Shown here one piece after another: positions 20,661 through 32,775 of a stretch of 64,000 nt of DNA. Both the position numbers and the translations under genes were made by a program. The notes below the pieces were generated by a model. It had not been told where the DNA came from. It did no database searches and worked only from the letters and a program-made list of their open reading frames with translations. The stretch is from Trichodelitschia bisporula (taxonomy: Eukaryota). The DNA lies in assembly GCA_010356995.1 (NCBI GenBank), contig ML996687.1, positions 187,803 to 251,802 of the forward strand. The letters are read 5' to 3'. The first letter of the stretch is position 1; each line of letters starts with the position of its first letter.

Positions 20661-22198
20661 ATGTCGTGGCGAGCCTCCGAGCGGTTAATGGAGACAATCG
20701 CCCACTACGCAAACTTCGTGCGTATCCCCTCGGCCCCATTTCGTACCTTCTAACACGCTCCCCCGCAGCCCGCAACCGGCGTCTCCCTCCGGCAAATGGT
20801 GCAATTTGGCGAGCGTCCCTCAACCGGTACATATCGTCCCCATATCACGATGGGCTATCTAACACCTCCAGGCACCCTCTTCCGCGCCTCGCAGTTCCTA
20901 AGCGAAGAACTCCCCATACGTCTCGCGCACCGCGTGCAAGACCTCGATAATCTCCCCGATGGACTGAATGAGATGCCATCTATCCGCAAGGTGCAGGAAT
21001 GGTACGCGCAGTCGTTTGAGGTGTGTTTTCGTAGCCCATAGCGCTACGTAATGCGCCCCGCTTACAAGCCAAGGAACTCGTCACCCTGCCCCGGCCATCC
21101 CTCTCGTCCGAGGTCCGTGAACGTCTCATGCGTCCTGCGCGGCGGATAAACGGCGTGGACCAGAGGCTACTAAGCCAGACAACGGCGAATCCGAGCGTAC
21201 GCAAGGGGCAGTATCAGTCGGCGCCCGAGCACACCAACGGCAACGGCAATGGCAACGGCCATGAAGTTGGGCGGCGCACGGCCCAGACACGGAGATACTA
21301 CTACCCCGCCGACGACGGGCAGGACTGGCCACCAGAGCTAAACGCATACAACAAGCGCTTCGCCGAGAGCCTGGAGAAGATCAAGCGGCGGCACGATGGT
21401 GTGGTGACGACGGTGGCGCAGGGCATTCTGGAGTGGAAGCGCAAGAAGCAGCGCATGCAGATCGATAACAACATCCAGGCCTTCCTCGACCGGTTCTACA
21501 TGAGCCGTATTGGTATCCGCATGCTTATTGGGCAGCACATTGCGCTGCTGGATCAGAAACAGCGCCCGGATCCGAATTACGTTGGTATTATTTGCACGAA
21601 GACGAATGTGCGCGAGTTGGCGCAGGAGGCGATTGACAACGCGCGCTTCGTGTGCGAGGATCACTACGGGCTGTTCGACGCGCCCAAGGTGCAGCTCATT
21701 TGCCAGCCGAACATTAACTTTATGTATGTGCCGGGCCATCTGAGCCACATGCTCTTCGAAACGCTCAAGAACTCGCTGCGCGCCGTCGTCGAGACCCATG
21801 GCCAGGATATGGAGGAGTTCCCGGTTACAAAGGTCATTGTTGCCGAGGGCCGCGAGGATATCACGATCAAGGTTAGCGACGAGGGTGGGGGCATCCCGCG
21901 CTCTTCCATCCCGCTCGTCTGGACGTACATGTACACCACGGTCGACCAGACGCCCAGCCTCGACCCGGACTTCAACCAAAGCGACTTCAAGGCGCCCATG
22001 GCGGGCTTCGGGTACGGTCTGCCCATCAGCCGGCTGTACGCAAGGTACTTTGGCGGGGACCTGAAGCTCATCAGCATGGAGGGGTGCGTGCCCCTTTCTT
22101 CCCCCCTTTCGTAAATCCACTAACTGTCCCACAGCTACGGCACGGACGTCTACCTGCACCTCAACCGCCTGTCCTCCTCCTCCGAGCCCCTCCAATGA
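20661..22198 (+). CDS. Mitochondrial pyruvate dehydrogenase kinase (BCDHK/PDK family), multi-exon
   Basis: Starts MSWRASERLMETIAHYANF; FLSEELPIRLAHRV, FLDRFYMSRIGIRMLIGQH, FETLKNSLRA, SDEGGGIP, AGFGYGLPISRLYARYFGGDL; last exon YGTDVYLHLNRLSSSSEPLQ*. Confidence 0.96.
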
Positions 22199-23021
22199 CA
22201 ACTACCCGTCCACCGCAGCACCACCCCCGCAACGAAGTGTATCACAGCTACGGGCCTGGCTGACGATCGCGCGGCGGTTGGCCGCAGTGCGCAGGGTCTC
22301 AGGGCGCGGGCTGCGAGGCTTAAGTTGGCGGAGCGCGAGGTTAGCGAGAGGAGGCAGGTGGGCGATGCGGTGGAGCTGCTGGGGCCGAGGGAGTGGGTTG
22401 GGGAGGAAGGGGATGCGTGGTGGAGGAGGGTTGGGGTTGAGGAGGGAATGTAAGCGTGTTCCTTGCCCCTTTTGTCTCCGTGCTTTTCGTGCGTTTGTGA
22501 GTGTGACTGAGAGGGGAGGGCAGGGGTGAGGTGGGTTGTGAGATGTTCAGGCTGTTGCTGTTGCGTTCTTGTTGCTTACGTGGGATGGTTAATGACGCCG
22601 GTTTTTCGGGGGGGACAGACAGGTGCTCTCGGTTGGCATGGTGCTGGGCGCGACGGGGTATTGGTGGATGGGGGGGTGAGCGGCAGACGGACGGGACGGG
22701 AACGGGCCGAGTAAGACGGACGAGCGAGCGAGCGGCCGCCGGCGGAGGGCGAGCGTGAACGGACGGGACTCCTGTGTCCTATGAAGGACTGGAGAGGGAA
22801 GAAGGGATATGCATAGCACGGTTTCCATTAGGTTGGGTCTTGTCTAGTCATGGCGGGGTGGGGCGGGCGGCGGGTCTGTCTATCACATTGTACGGGGTGG
22901 AATACCACGCTTCTATTCTTTCACCGATGTACGAGAGGCTTCAAGATGGCAGGACGGGAGCGTCCTGCCTAGCTGTATATATTACTGAGGTACATACGTA
23001 TACTGTTCGATGACGCTAAGA

Positions 23022-23540
23022 GGGACTTCGAGACATCGTCGACACGACGGCGTTTTGCGATTGCTGGAAAGGCGCAGCTGCGTCTCTTGCAGTAGTTCGG
23101 ATCATGACACAAGTTGGAGTCGTATGGTTCCCGCGTTGTGTACTTTCGGGTTTCGGCGAGCTCCTGGACGGGACTCGGAACCGGTACATCAAGACAACAA
23201 AGCCTGAGCTCCGTATCCCTGAGCTCCGTATCCCTGAGCTCCGTATCAGAAGGCCCAACCTAGTAGTTGTTAAGTCTGAAGCTCCGGGATGCTGTCATAT
23301 TCACGCTACTCGGCACCGGTGTTGAGAGCCTTGTGGAACGTTAGTGGCAAAGCCAATGCGGGCCGAAGTACGAGGCTCGGGACTTCTCGACGTCGTCTCC
23401 ACAACGGCGTTTTGCGATTGTTAGAAAGGCGCTGCTGCGTCTCTTGAATTGGTTCAGATCATAACACAAGTTGTCGTCCTATGGCTCCCGCGTTCTGTAC
23501 TTTGGGATTTCGGCGAGCTTCTGAACGGGACTGGGAACGG
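23022..23540 (+). repeat. Degenerate ~165-bp direct repeat (starts 23022 and 23379) enclosing (CCTGAGCTCCGTATC)x3 at 23203-23247
   Basis: Both copies share GGGACTTC..ACGGCGTTTTGCGATTG..GCTGCGTCTCTTG..ACACAAGTTG..TTTCGGCGAGCT..ACGGGACT. Confidence 0.85.
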
Positions 23541-24089
23541 GGAGGCTGGAGGGGACTGCTGTTAAGTCACTGAAGGCCGGAATCTGGGAGACAACACTCG
23601 TCGAAGTACCTCACGACAATGCCGGTGCAGCTGCAAGCTTGTCAAAACTTTCGACTTGATATAACGCATTCTGATATTCACCAGACTCATCAATCATCCT
23701 TCGAACAACCACGAGCCATAGTCGGTAAGAGAAGGGAGTGTGCAATTTCCCCTCCAAAGCTTTCACGGACATTAGACTCCATGGCACATGCAATTCCATC
23801 TCTGATTCTCTTTCCCGCTCTTTCCAAACATCCTGCCCAAGACTGAAAAACTCCAATGAAAAGATAGACCACTCGCTCCTGAGCTGTCATTCGCTGTGAC
23901 GCTTGGTTACCATCGGCTTGCAGTGAATCAATCATGCACTAATAGAGGTTAAAACGGCTGGAAAAAAAAAGAGGGGGGAGTTTGGACAGAGGGGGATTGC
24001 AGCTTGCAAGTGCCTCGCCTTAACAAAAAGCCGTGAAGCAGTTCTTGCAAACCTCGGAAAGGAATCCCGTCATCGGGGAGGGGGGGAAC

Positions 24090-24611
24090 TTACAACAAAC
24101 ACAGCGTCAAATCGCCGCGAATACTAGCCTTAAGCTCAATCTCCACTTCCAAATTCGCCTCCACCTTCAACTTCAACCCATCCTTCTCACTCTCCCCGCC
24201 AGTGCCCCCAAACGGCACCTTGGGCATGTAATACGGCTGATTGGGATCCGATCCACGCACGGGAATTTCCCCCCGCATAGCACGGGCATGCGTAACCGGC
24301 CCATCCATACTCGTGCTATCCGGCCCAATCCGCTCAAACATGCCCATCTGATCCAATTCTCCATTGGCATCCGCCTCCTCCAGCGCCTCCAGCGACGTTG
24401 TCTTCATGTACTTGCCGCTCTCCATGCCCTCCTGGATGCGCTTGCGCCGGGCACGCCGACTCGAGCTGCGCGACCGGTTCGATTGCAGACCTTGCTCGCG
24501 CTGCGCTTGTTTGACCGCGTTCTCGTATTTCTTCTGCTGCATCGTGGTGCGGAACTGCGGCGTGTCATCGTTCGCCTGTTGTTGTTGCGGTTGTAGCTCC
24601 TGATCAGCCAT
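24090..24611 (-). CDS. Uncharacterised hydrophilic protein with C-terminal LKLKVEANLEVEIELKASIRGDLTLCL motif (paralogue A)
   Basis: 173-aa ORF whose C-terminal motif matches that of the gene at 26050-26691. A GTAAGT donor overlapping the apparent stop suggests a tiny extra terminal exon. Confidence 0.75.
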   Translation of the reverse strand: MADQELQPQQQQANDDTPQFRTTMQQKKYENAVKQAQREQGLQSNRSRSSSRRARRKRIQEGMESGKYMKTTSLEALEEADANGELDQMGMFERIGPDSTSMDGPVTHARAMRGEIPVRGSDPNQPYYMPKVPFGGTGGESEKDGLKLKVEANLEVEIELKASIRGDLTLCLL

Positions 24612-25326
24612 TTTGCGGCGCGGGGGCGGAGACGTCGACGGTGTGGATGGGGCGGACGAGGGTGCGGACGCGGCGTTCGTGGATGCGAAGCTGCTGGTGC
24701 GGGTCGTGGAAGGGGACGACGTGACTGCAGTTGTGCGTGATTCTACGTCGTGAGAGATTTTGTGGAGTTTGTGGAATTTGAGGAAGACAGGTGTGTAAGT
24801 AGAGTAGAGTCGCAGTGCTGGGGAAGATTACTAGAAAAACAGTGAGCTGCGGCCGGCGTATGTAGGCGCCCCCTCCGGCTGGGGGGAAGGGGGGGGGGGG
24901 AGGGGTAGAAAGGGCCGCTGCTCGCGCCACGCCTACGACGTAATGGCGCTCCTGGCCCGGACCTGTGCTGCCCGCCTGTCCTGCGCCTGGGTCTAGGGCT
25001 CGGACACTGGGAATGGATCCAGGCATAGCGGCTGGGTGGCACCAGCGAGACACCCCCGCTCCCGACGGTGAGACATGGCCCTCGGCCCTTGGCGAGCAGG
25101 GCCTAAAAACAAGGCTGGTGCAAACAGGGTTGAGATGGGTGGGGCGGGGGGACAGCCTTGTCCGCATGACAGGGATGGGCATGGCTGAGGAGTGGGGGCA
25201 TGACGTCAGTGGGCCCGGGGATGGAGGGCGGGGATGGGGAGGAACAATGTCCGGTGGTTTCGGAGGTTGGGCCGGAGGGGGACTTGCGGGCAAGTTTTGG
25301 GGTTGGGGTAGGCGGTTGGAGAGAGT

Positions 25327-25374
25327 GGTGCGAGGCGGTGCGAGGCGGTGCGAGGCGGTGCGAGGCGGTGCGAG
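25327..25374 (+). repeat. 10-bp minisatellite (GGTGCGAGGC)x4.8
   Basis: Read directly from the sequence. Confidence 0.9.
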
Positions 25375-26049
25375 ATGCCCCCGGCGAGCTTGCTGTGTGT
25401 TTGGGGTACCGCTGTTTGGATGGCCCTAGGGGCGAGGGGACATGGGCAAAGGGACGGGGGAATGCGTTGGGGTGGGGTGGGATGGGATCGCGGTGCGGAA
25501 CACGCGAGACTATCTGGTGAGGGGTTAAGGGCCGCTGTTAGGAGGGCGTTGTGAGGCGATGGCGAGATGGGCAGAGGGACGTGGGGAAGTCGTCTGGATG
25601 GTTGGCAAGTTGCAACGCGCAGGCTGCGTGGTGATGGTTTGCATGCACCGTTACAATGGCATTATTGGGAGGCATCTGGGACACGGGCAAAGGTCTCGCA
25701 TTGCGAGAACTTTTGACACAATAGGTTATCGCGCCTATGGGGACATGAACCTCACGATGGTTATAGGGGGAAGCCGTTTCCAGACATTTTTTCATTGGAA
25801 CGCGTCTAAGGATGGAAAAGCGACGAGAACTGATCCACCACGAACTGATAATTACACAGCATTTGCGCCATCCAACATCATGCCCGGCTTCCAAAAAATA
25901 GCAAACAAACGACAACCCAGCACCTGAAAGCATGCCAATCTGTCCACACATCGCCGTCATAGAGATTCTGAAATACACACTCCTAGTTACTTCGGGCCGG
26001 TCAGCTTCACATACTACTGCGTTAGTGAGGGAGCGAAGAAAATGGAAAC

Positions 26050-26691
26050 CTACAGCAAGCCGAGCGTCAAGTCGCCGTGAATCTTCGCCTTGAGCTGAAT
26101 CTCGATATCGAGATTCAACTCCAGCCGCAGCCGCAACTGCTCAGTCTTGTCATCCCCACCTTCCTTCTTGTCTCCGCCCGTCAATCCGCCGAGCGCCTGG
26201 CCGGCCGTGTTGCCGACCTGGCCGACCGCCTGGCCAGCAGTGCCCTTGACCATATCCGTCGCGCCGCCAACGGCATCGCCGCCGCCAACGCCCTCGGTGA
26301 TTCCGCCGAGCGGGTTTCCACTGCCCCCACCCTGGCGACCACGCTGGCGCGTGCGCTGGCGCTGGCGACGGCCGCCGCTCGGGGTCGAGGAGGCAACGGA
26401 TGAGGCGTCGGAGGCCATGGTCTTGGTTTGACGGCGGGGAGCGCGCTGGGGTTCAGGCTGAAGTTCGGGTTCGGGTTCGAGGTCGTCGACTTCTTCGACT
26501 TCGGCTTCGGCGGCGGAGGTGGTTGGGGGTGGAGAGTCGGATTCGGGGGCGGGAGTGGCTTCGGGGGTGGGTTGTTGCTGTTGTTGTTGGAGAGGGGCCT
26601 TGGATGAGCCTAGCTTCTTGGGTTTGCGCTTCTCTGGTGTTTGCTTCGACTCGGTGGTGGAAGGCGGGGCTTGGGATTCGTTATCGGCCAT
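26050..26691 (-). CDS. Uncharacterised disordered/LEA-like protein with C-terminal LRLRLELNLDIEIQLKAKIHGDLTLGL motif (paralogue B)
   Basis: 213-aa ORF with Gly-rich LEA-like repeats (GTAGQAVGQVGNTAGQALGG). A GTAGGT..CTAAC..TAG intron overlaps the apparent stop. Confidence 0.8.
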   Translation of the reverse strand: MADNESQAPPSTTESKQTPEKRKPKKLGSSKAPLQQQQQQPTPEATPAPESDSPPPTTSAAEAEVEEVDDLEPEPELQPEPQRAPRRQTKTMASDASSVASSTPSGGRRQRQRTRQRGRQGGGSGNPLGGITEGVGGGDAVGGATDMVKGTAGQAVGQVGNTAGQALGGLTGGDKKEGGDDKTEQLRLRLELNLDIEIQLKAKIHGDLTLGLL

Positions 26692-28623
26692 GGCTCAAGG
26701 CGGTTGGGTTTGGATGGTTATATAAGACGAACACTTAGGACGAGATTTAGAAATCGTCGATCAAAGCGTAAAACCTGCAGAGTGGTTTCGGACGTGGGGT
26801 GCGAGTGGTGGCTGCTGTATATGGCCGGAGGTCCGAAGGGTGGGCAGAGCGAGACACAAAAAGGGGAGGGTTAACAAGAGTGGGGAATCGGATGGGATGG
26901 AATGAAAGCAACTGGAGGAGGAGGGGGGCACGGGTCGGGGTTTGTATGAAGAATGACATCGACGATGCTGGCTTGGTGGGTAGGCTACGAGCCAGCCTGC
27001 CCGTTGCCCAGGAAAAGCCTCTGACGCAACTGGGGACCAGGGTGGGAAAAACCGGTTGGGGGGTGGGGTGGGGCCGTAGGAGAGAGGGTGCGTGAGGGCA
27101 CCAGCATCAGATGCGGCGCAGCACTCCATGTCCCCGTCCGGTTGCGAATTCTATTCGATACGTACCAGCGGAGCCATTACCCAGGCCCCCCCCTCCACCT
27201 TCTCGAAACGCGCCATGGACCAACCCTAATGCCCCAATCTGCGGGGGCGGGTGTGGCTCAGTGGCGGGGAGTTAGGCGTCGGGCATGGGGCGCGATGCAT
27301 CATTGTCATTCGAGGGAAGGAAACTTGGCCGACCGCTGAGGTCAGAGGCGGATCCTGATGGTGTGCGGGGATTTGCGGATCCCGATGTGCGTCCGGGGCT
27401 TATGCAGGGCATGGATATGGCAACGGGGGCTAATGAAGCTGGGGCTGGGGGTCGGTGGCCGAAGTTGCACGCGGCAGCGGAGGTATCGCCGTCTTGATTT
27501 CTGCGGTTTCATTTGGAACGTAGAGTGACGTCAGGGTTGATTCAAATCGCGAGCGCGGGGTTTGCCTGCCAGCCGTAGGGTCGATAGCGACCCGTGGAAA
27601 ATCAGCACGTTAGATGTTACCAGAGCTACCGGTACGTGCTGCGAGGGACCAAGGGACTTCTTTGTTTAACGGATCGAAAGTTGGCTGAACCGAAAGGGTC
27701 GCGAGATTGTTCGGTAAGTTGAGGGAAGTATCTCGGGATATTGTTCACTCGGAAGTCCGGAAAGCGTGACGCTCTGGACGCAGCACTTGGGAATTTCGCT
27801 TCAGATTTCCGCTGTATTGCTGGATTTGGAGGATCCAGACGCCTCGAAGACTTGCCACTTTATTCTCCTCTTAACCGTGGGCCTCAACTCCTTGGCTGGC
27901 GGAGGGAGGGCCGTGGATATCAAGTCATCGAAAGCCAAAGGGAAGTAAACAAGTTGCCGTTAAACAGTGGGGTGTTTTGATCCGAGCACCATACGCTTCC
28001 ATCGTAATGTTCTGCCAATTCGAAGGAAAGGTCCCATCGCCATGGCCCCATGAACTACCCGTGGCAACATCGGAATGAAGAGTGACTCGTTCTCGGCTCG
28101 AAAGCTTCAGTTCTCCTTCAGTTCTCTATCAGAACTTTTCCAGGGCTGTTTATCTCATCGTATGTATCTCAATTTCGAAGAGTCCTGATTGAGCTTGTTG
28201 AGAGTCGCAATGGGAGGCGGTAGCTGATGCGATGTTGTCGGTTTGATGGAGTGAAGTCGACATGACAAGGGCATTGTTCTCCCACGAACCCTTCGAGAGC
28301 ACCCTTCGGATCCCTTACCGATACAACGGCATTCCAGATCTGCAGGGCCTCGCCTCAACGGTTCACCCTTTGAAGCGATCGCAACCCATCAATATCACGT
28401 GTGACCGTGGAGTCCATGGGTCCGGGAAACCTTAGACGCACGACGCGTCCTAGCGTCCCAAGCCCTCCCCCAAGATTCAGGTGCAGCCGAGGGTCGCTAC
28501 GTCTCCACTCCACCTCACCCCGTCAACTCGCCCCGTAAACAGTGAGTCAACATCACCGCCCCCATCAACCGCCCACCCATCATTCACCTTACCACAACCC
28601 GTCCACCCACCCGATCAGCAACA

Positions 28624-29380
28624 ATGGCCACCCCCGAAGACGCCACCAAGCAGCGCATCATAACGCACATGAACCGCGACCACCGCGCCTCCGTACGCCC
28701 AGCCCACCCCTAACCCACTTTTCGTACCCCCAAAGTAACACGCGCAGATAACCCGCTACGCCGAGCACTACCTGCACCTGCCCGCCGCCCTCGCCGCAAC
28801 CGCCACCCTCACCGACATCAGCCCGACCCAACTCGTCCTGCAAACCGGCGACGCGCAGACGCACACCATCGCCCTAGACCCGCCGCTCAAGTCCCTGACC
28901 GCAGCACGGGAGCGCCTGGTCGCCATGGATGGCACGGCGCTGACGGCGCTCGGCCGATCGCGGATTACGGTCCAAGAGTATCGGGCGCCGAGGGGGGGAC
29001 ACCTCGTTGCGTTTGTGCTGTGTCTTGGGACGTTTGTGCTGCTGAGCCGGAAGGAGAATGTGCTTCCGGGCGGGTGGGGGTATGAGGCGCTGAACGGGGT
29101 GGCGCCGCGGATGGCGGCGTGGTTTGAGAAGTGGGGGCGCACGCTGTTTTGGACGCTGGGGGGGGTGCATGCGGTTGAGACGGTGAATATGGCGAGGAGG
29201 TTGAAGAAGCATAATGTGCCGATGTTTAGTGGGGTTTGGGTTGCTTGGGTGGTTAGCTGCTTGATTGAGGGGGTTGGGTCGTTCCAGAGGTATGTGATGA
29301 GTGAGGGTGTTGGGATGAGTGCTAATGGGAGTAGGTTCAGTGCGTTGGTTGAGGAGAAGCGCAAAGAGTCGAAACATTAG
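28624..29380 (+). CDS. DUF2470-domain membrane protein, multi-exon
   Basis: MATPEDATKQRIITHMNRDHRAS|ITRYAEHY..LTDISPTQLVL..IALDPPLKSLTAARERLVAM is the DUF2470 pattern; C-terminal TM region with HAVE..L.KH..W..S.LIEG..F.RF. Confidence 0.85.
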
Positions 29381-29735
29381 ATGCGGATGGAGTAGGACTC
29401 GAGCCGAGCACAGTGGTCGAGGCTGATGTCGAAGCAGGTCACGACCCTCTTCATACAATTCACACTGGATGCATCGGATAGAGCATGGCGTAATACAATC
29501 TAAGCCTTAATTTTAGCTCTATACTTGGGCCTGATTTCCCTGACGTGCCAGCACTCTCTGCTTTGTGAGTGTACGCCATCTAATGAGGTACGGACATCTC
29601 AATCAATCGGAGCAGGGCAGCTCTTAAGTGGTAAGAAGGCCACAGCCGCCAGAATGCTAAGGAGGGTGACTGTTAGATGTTCGTGGAAGAAGCAGTTTTT
29701 TCTTCGATCGACTACCAGTGTCGCCGCCCTCAACT

Positions 29736-30270
29736 CTCGTGTCGATGCAAGGGCTGACGTCGAAAGGCAAACGGACTGCGTATATCAGCAGCCACCTCGA
29801 AAACGAGGCTAACAGGCATTAGAATGATGAGGGCAACTTGGTGATCGCAACAGAGGATGTCAGAAACTCTAAATCCGCGTAATCGTGGAGATATCCCTAT
29901 TTTAGCACTGGAATCTCGTGTCAAGACAAGGCCTGACGTGGGTGCTGCCGTTCCTAGCGTGTATGACCAACCTCCTCGAAAACGACTCTAACTGGCATCA
30001 AAATACTAAGGAAAAGTAGGAGGACACTGTTGAGGATATCCAAACCGCTAGGATTGCGGAACCGTGGAGATGTCTCTATTCTCGTACTGGAGTCTCGTGC
30101 CGACGGAAGACCTGACGTCAGAAGGCAAACGGAGGCATGTATGATCAACTTCCTCGAAACTGATTCTAACTAACATTAGAACGCTCAGGGAAACTCGGCG
30201 ATTATTGGAGAGAATACCAAAAACTCCGGATTTGCGGAGTCGTGGAGATACCCCCATTCTCGCACTGGGA
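29736..30270 (+). repeat. Three degenerate tandem copies of a 179-bp unit
   Basis: CTCGTG anchors at 29736, 29915 and 30094; CGTGGAGAT anchors at 29884, 30063 and 30241. Confidence 0.85.
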
Positions 30271-31182
30271 CCTTTCGTCTCATTTGATATCTGCTGTGTT
30301 GCATGTATCAAACCCGCGCAGCACTGGCAACTCTACCCGCAGCACCTTTCGTCCCATCCAGCATCCGACCCAATCACCACTTCGCGCAGATGGAATTTGG
30401 CTCCTCGTTGAGGATCAGGCTTGGGCCATAGACAACACGGGTGCCGCTCCGGCAATACATCCTGGGAGCCGTACCGTCGGGCTCTCCAGCCTAAGCGGCG
30501 GGCTCTTCTACCGGTACTGCAACGTCAACTCTCGACGCGTCTGATCAGATCCAGCCTGCTCACGGCGAGCGTGGCAGACATATTCGAAGCGCAAGTTCGG
30601 GCTCTCGCGATGCGTTCGAGGGCTCTGTGCTGCGCACTGTTTCCGCGCTTCGTGACGAAGCGAGTACTGCTTGGAGGGTACGGCGAAGGGCGCGGGGAGA
30701 GTTCGAAAGCGTATTCTTGATCAGATCTTGTTGCAGCAGAGTGATCACTCAACCCAGCCTCTCCACCACCCCAGTTCCGCGTTCAGCCTGACGCCTCCAC
30801 CCTCCAAGCGCCCGTACCGCTTCACGCGCGAGGATAGTAATCAGGCCTAACCTCGAGCTTTTAGCATTACCGTACGCAAGCGCAAGCGACTAACATCTCA
30901 TCTCGGAGCCGAAGCCGAAGTCCAAGATATCACAAGCCCTACGCGACAGCCCAACACGGGCCCCTGAGCCTAGCGGCGATACTAATGGCAGGGGAGCAAG
31001 GCTAGCGAGACCGCGTCCCCTAGCGCCAAGCATAACCACACGCCCAAACACAGATTCCTCACGAAAGCCTCAGCAATAGAACTAGATTTCCCATCAAAGT
31101 ACAGTAGTATCTCCAACCTCACCCCCAAAATCATCTCCAAATGCCCTCCCCATCCCCATACTCACTCTCGCACACCTCAAAC

Positions 31183-31953
31183 CTAAGCCATCATAGCAGC
31201 AACCACACCCGCAACACCACCCATAACCCCCGCCATCGCCCACCCACGCCCCGCAGCCTCACTCTTCGCACTACCAGTGCTAGAGCTACCACCCGCCGCA
31301 CCGCTAGACGTGCTGCTCCCACCGCTGCTAGACGGTAGGTTGGACGCCGGGCCCTGCACGCCGCCGCTCACGGCCTTGGGCTGGCTGCTGCTGGACGTGC
31401 CGGTGGAGGCGGAGCGCCAGGCGTCGAGGGAGTCGCCGGACGAGCTACGTCGCAGTCAGTAAAGCGTGTATGTAAGAGAGGGGGGCGGAACGTACGGCGG
31501 GTTGATAACAGCCACCATGCCACTCTGGCAGTGGTTCTGCACGGAGCAATACAGCCAGATGGGGTCGGTGCCGTTGACCGTGATGGAGAAGACCTTGCCC
31601 TGCCCACCGCATTAGCACCACACAGAGCCTAGAGTGGCGCAACCCACCGGCGCAAGCATCCCGCTGTAAATCCCGTCGGTGCTCGGCTGGCACGCCTTCC
31701 CAAACGTGCCCTGCACGACGTCGTGCGTCTGCTCCGCGAAGTGGAACTCGATCTGGCTACCCTGGGGGGCGGTAATGCTGTCCGGACTGAAGGTCAGCCC
31801 GCCCGCGCCGACGGTGACGGTCTGTACAGAGGCAGGCGCGGCAGACGAAGCGGACGAAGCAGACGACGCAGAAGACGCCGCGGCGGGCGCGCCGTACTGC
31901 GCAGCCGCGAAGCCGGCAAGCGCGAGGGGGAGGGCGAAGCTGATCTGGACCAT
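31183..31953 (-). CDS. Secreted/GPI-anchored serine-rich cupredoxin, three exons
   Basis: Signal peptide; VTVGAGGLTFSPDSITA..G..IEFHF..HDVVQGTFGKACQP; DPIWLYCSVQNHCQSGMVAVINP (type-1 Cu ligands H, C, H, M); Ser-rich linker and hydrophobic GPI tail. Confidence 0.92.
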
Positions 31954-32653
31954 AATTGCAGAGATGAAGATACTGTACAGGAAGTGAGATGAACGAGAGC
32001 ACGAAGAACACAACGAGGCCCACGACGGGGCGCCTCCCAGCTAAATACCCCCCTTCCGTTTCAGCGCAAACGCTCGCCCACACAACGTCCACCCTCGCAT
32101 CAGCCGCCCGCTGCGGCGCCTTTGTCAGCGTCAGCGCCGTGTGTGGACAGTTGTGCGATCAGGGGCGGCCAATCTCCACCCCCGCGCGCAGCAGGCTGAT
32201 ATGCGCGGACCAATCCGACGCGGTGCGCCTGGCGCACGCCGAGTCTGGGGAGGGAAGTAAGCTTTGTGTCGTGTGCATGATGGGCGCTGGGGTGGGGGTT
32301 GTTGTGGTGGGTGAGATGTGAGAGGATGGGGGAGGGAGACGCGTGGCCCCTCGGCTGGAATGCATGGGGGCTGTGGGACGTGGTGCAAATGTTGCATCTG
32401 TTTCTAGTTCCAGTTCTAGCCCGGTGCGGGGAAACGCAGTGCGTTGCGGAAGGCTGGCGGGGCTTCGGGAGGGAGGGAACGCGGCGGGCTGGGCGCAGCA
32501 ACGGGCCGGGATGGGGATTTTCCCTTCCGGGACCGGGACGTCAGACGCGTGTTTGGCGGACGAGTTGAGTCGCGATATCAAATCCGCTGCGGCTGCGTTT
32601 CGTGAGATCGTTATTCCCGGCCCGCTCAGCACATCCCATTATCGGCATCCAAA

Positions 32654-32717
32654 TACCATCGGTCTCACTGCCGTACCATCGGTCTCACTGCCGTACCATC
32701 GGTCTCCCTGCCGTACC
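32654..32717 (+). repeat. 20-bp tandem repeat (TACCATCGGTCTCACTGCCG)x3 about 60 bp upstream of the next ATG
   Basis: Read directly from the sequence; the third copy has one substitution. Confidence 0.9.
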
Positions 32718-32775
32718 CAAATATAACTCTGCTCAGCGCAGTTCGTTCCTCGCGCGTGCTTGTTGCACCGTCGCA

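Noticed and set aside
23203..23247. Short direct repeats as a CRISPR-like array (also 25327-25374 and 32654-32717)
   Set aside because: Head-to-tail repeats without spacers in a eukaryotic genome; these are ordinary minisatellites.
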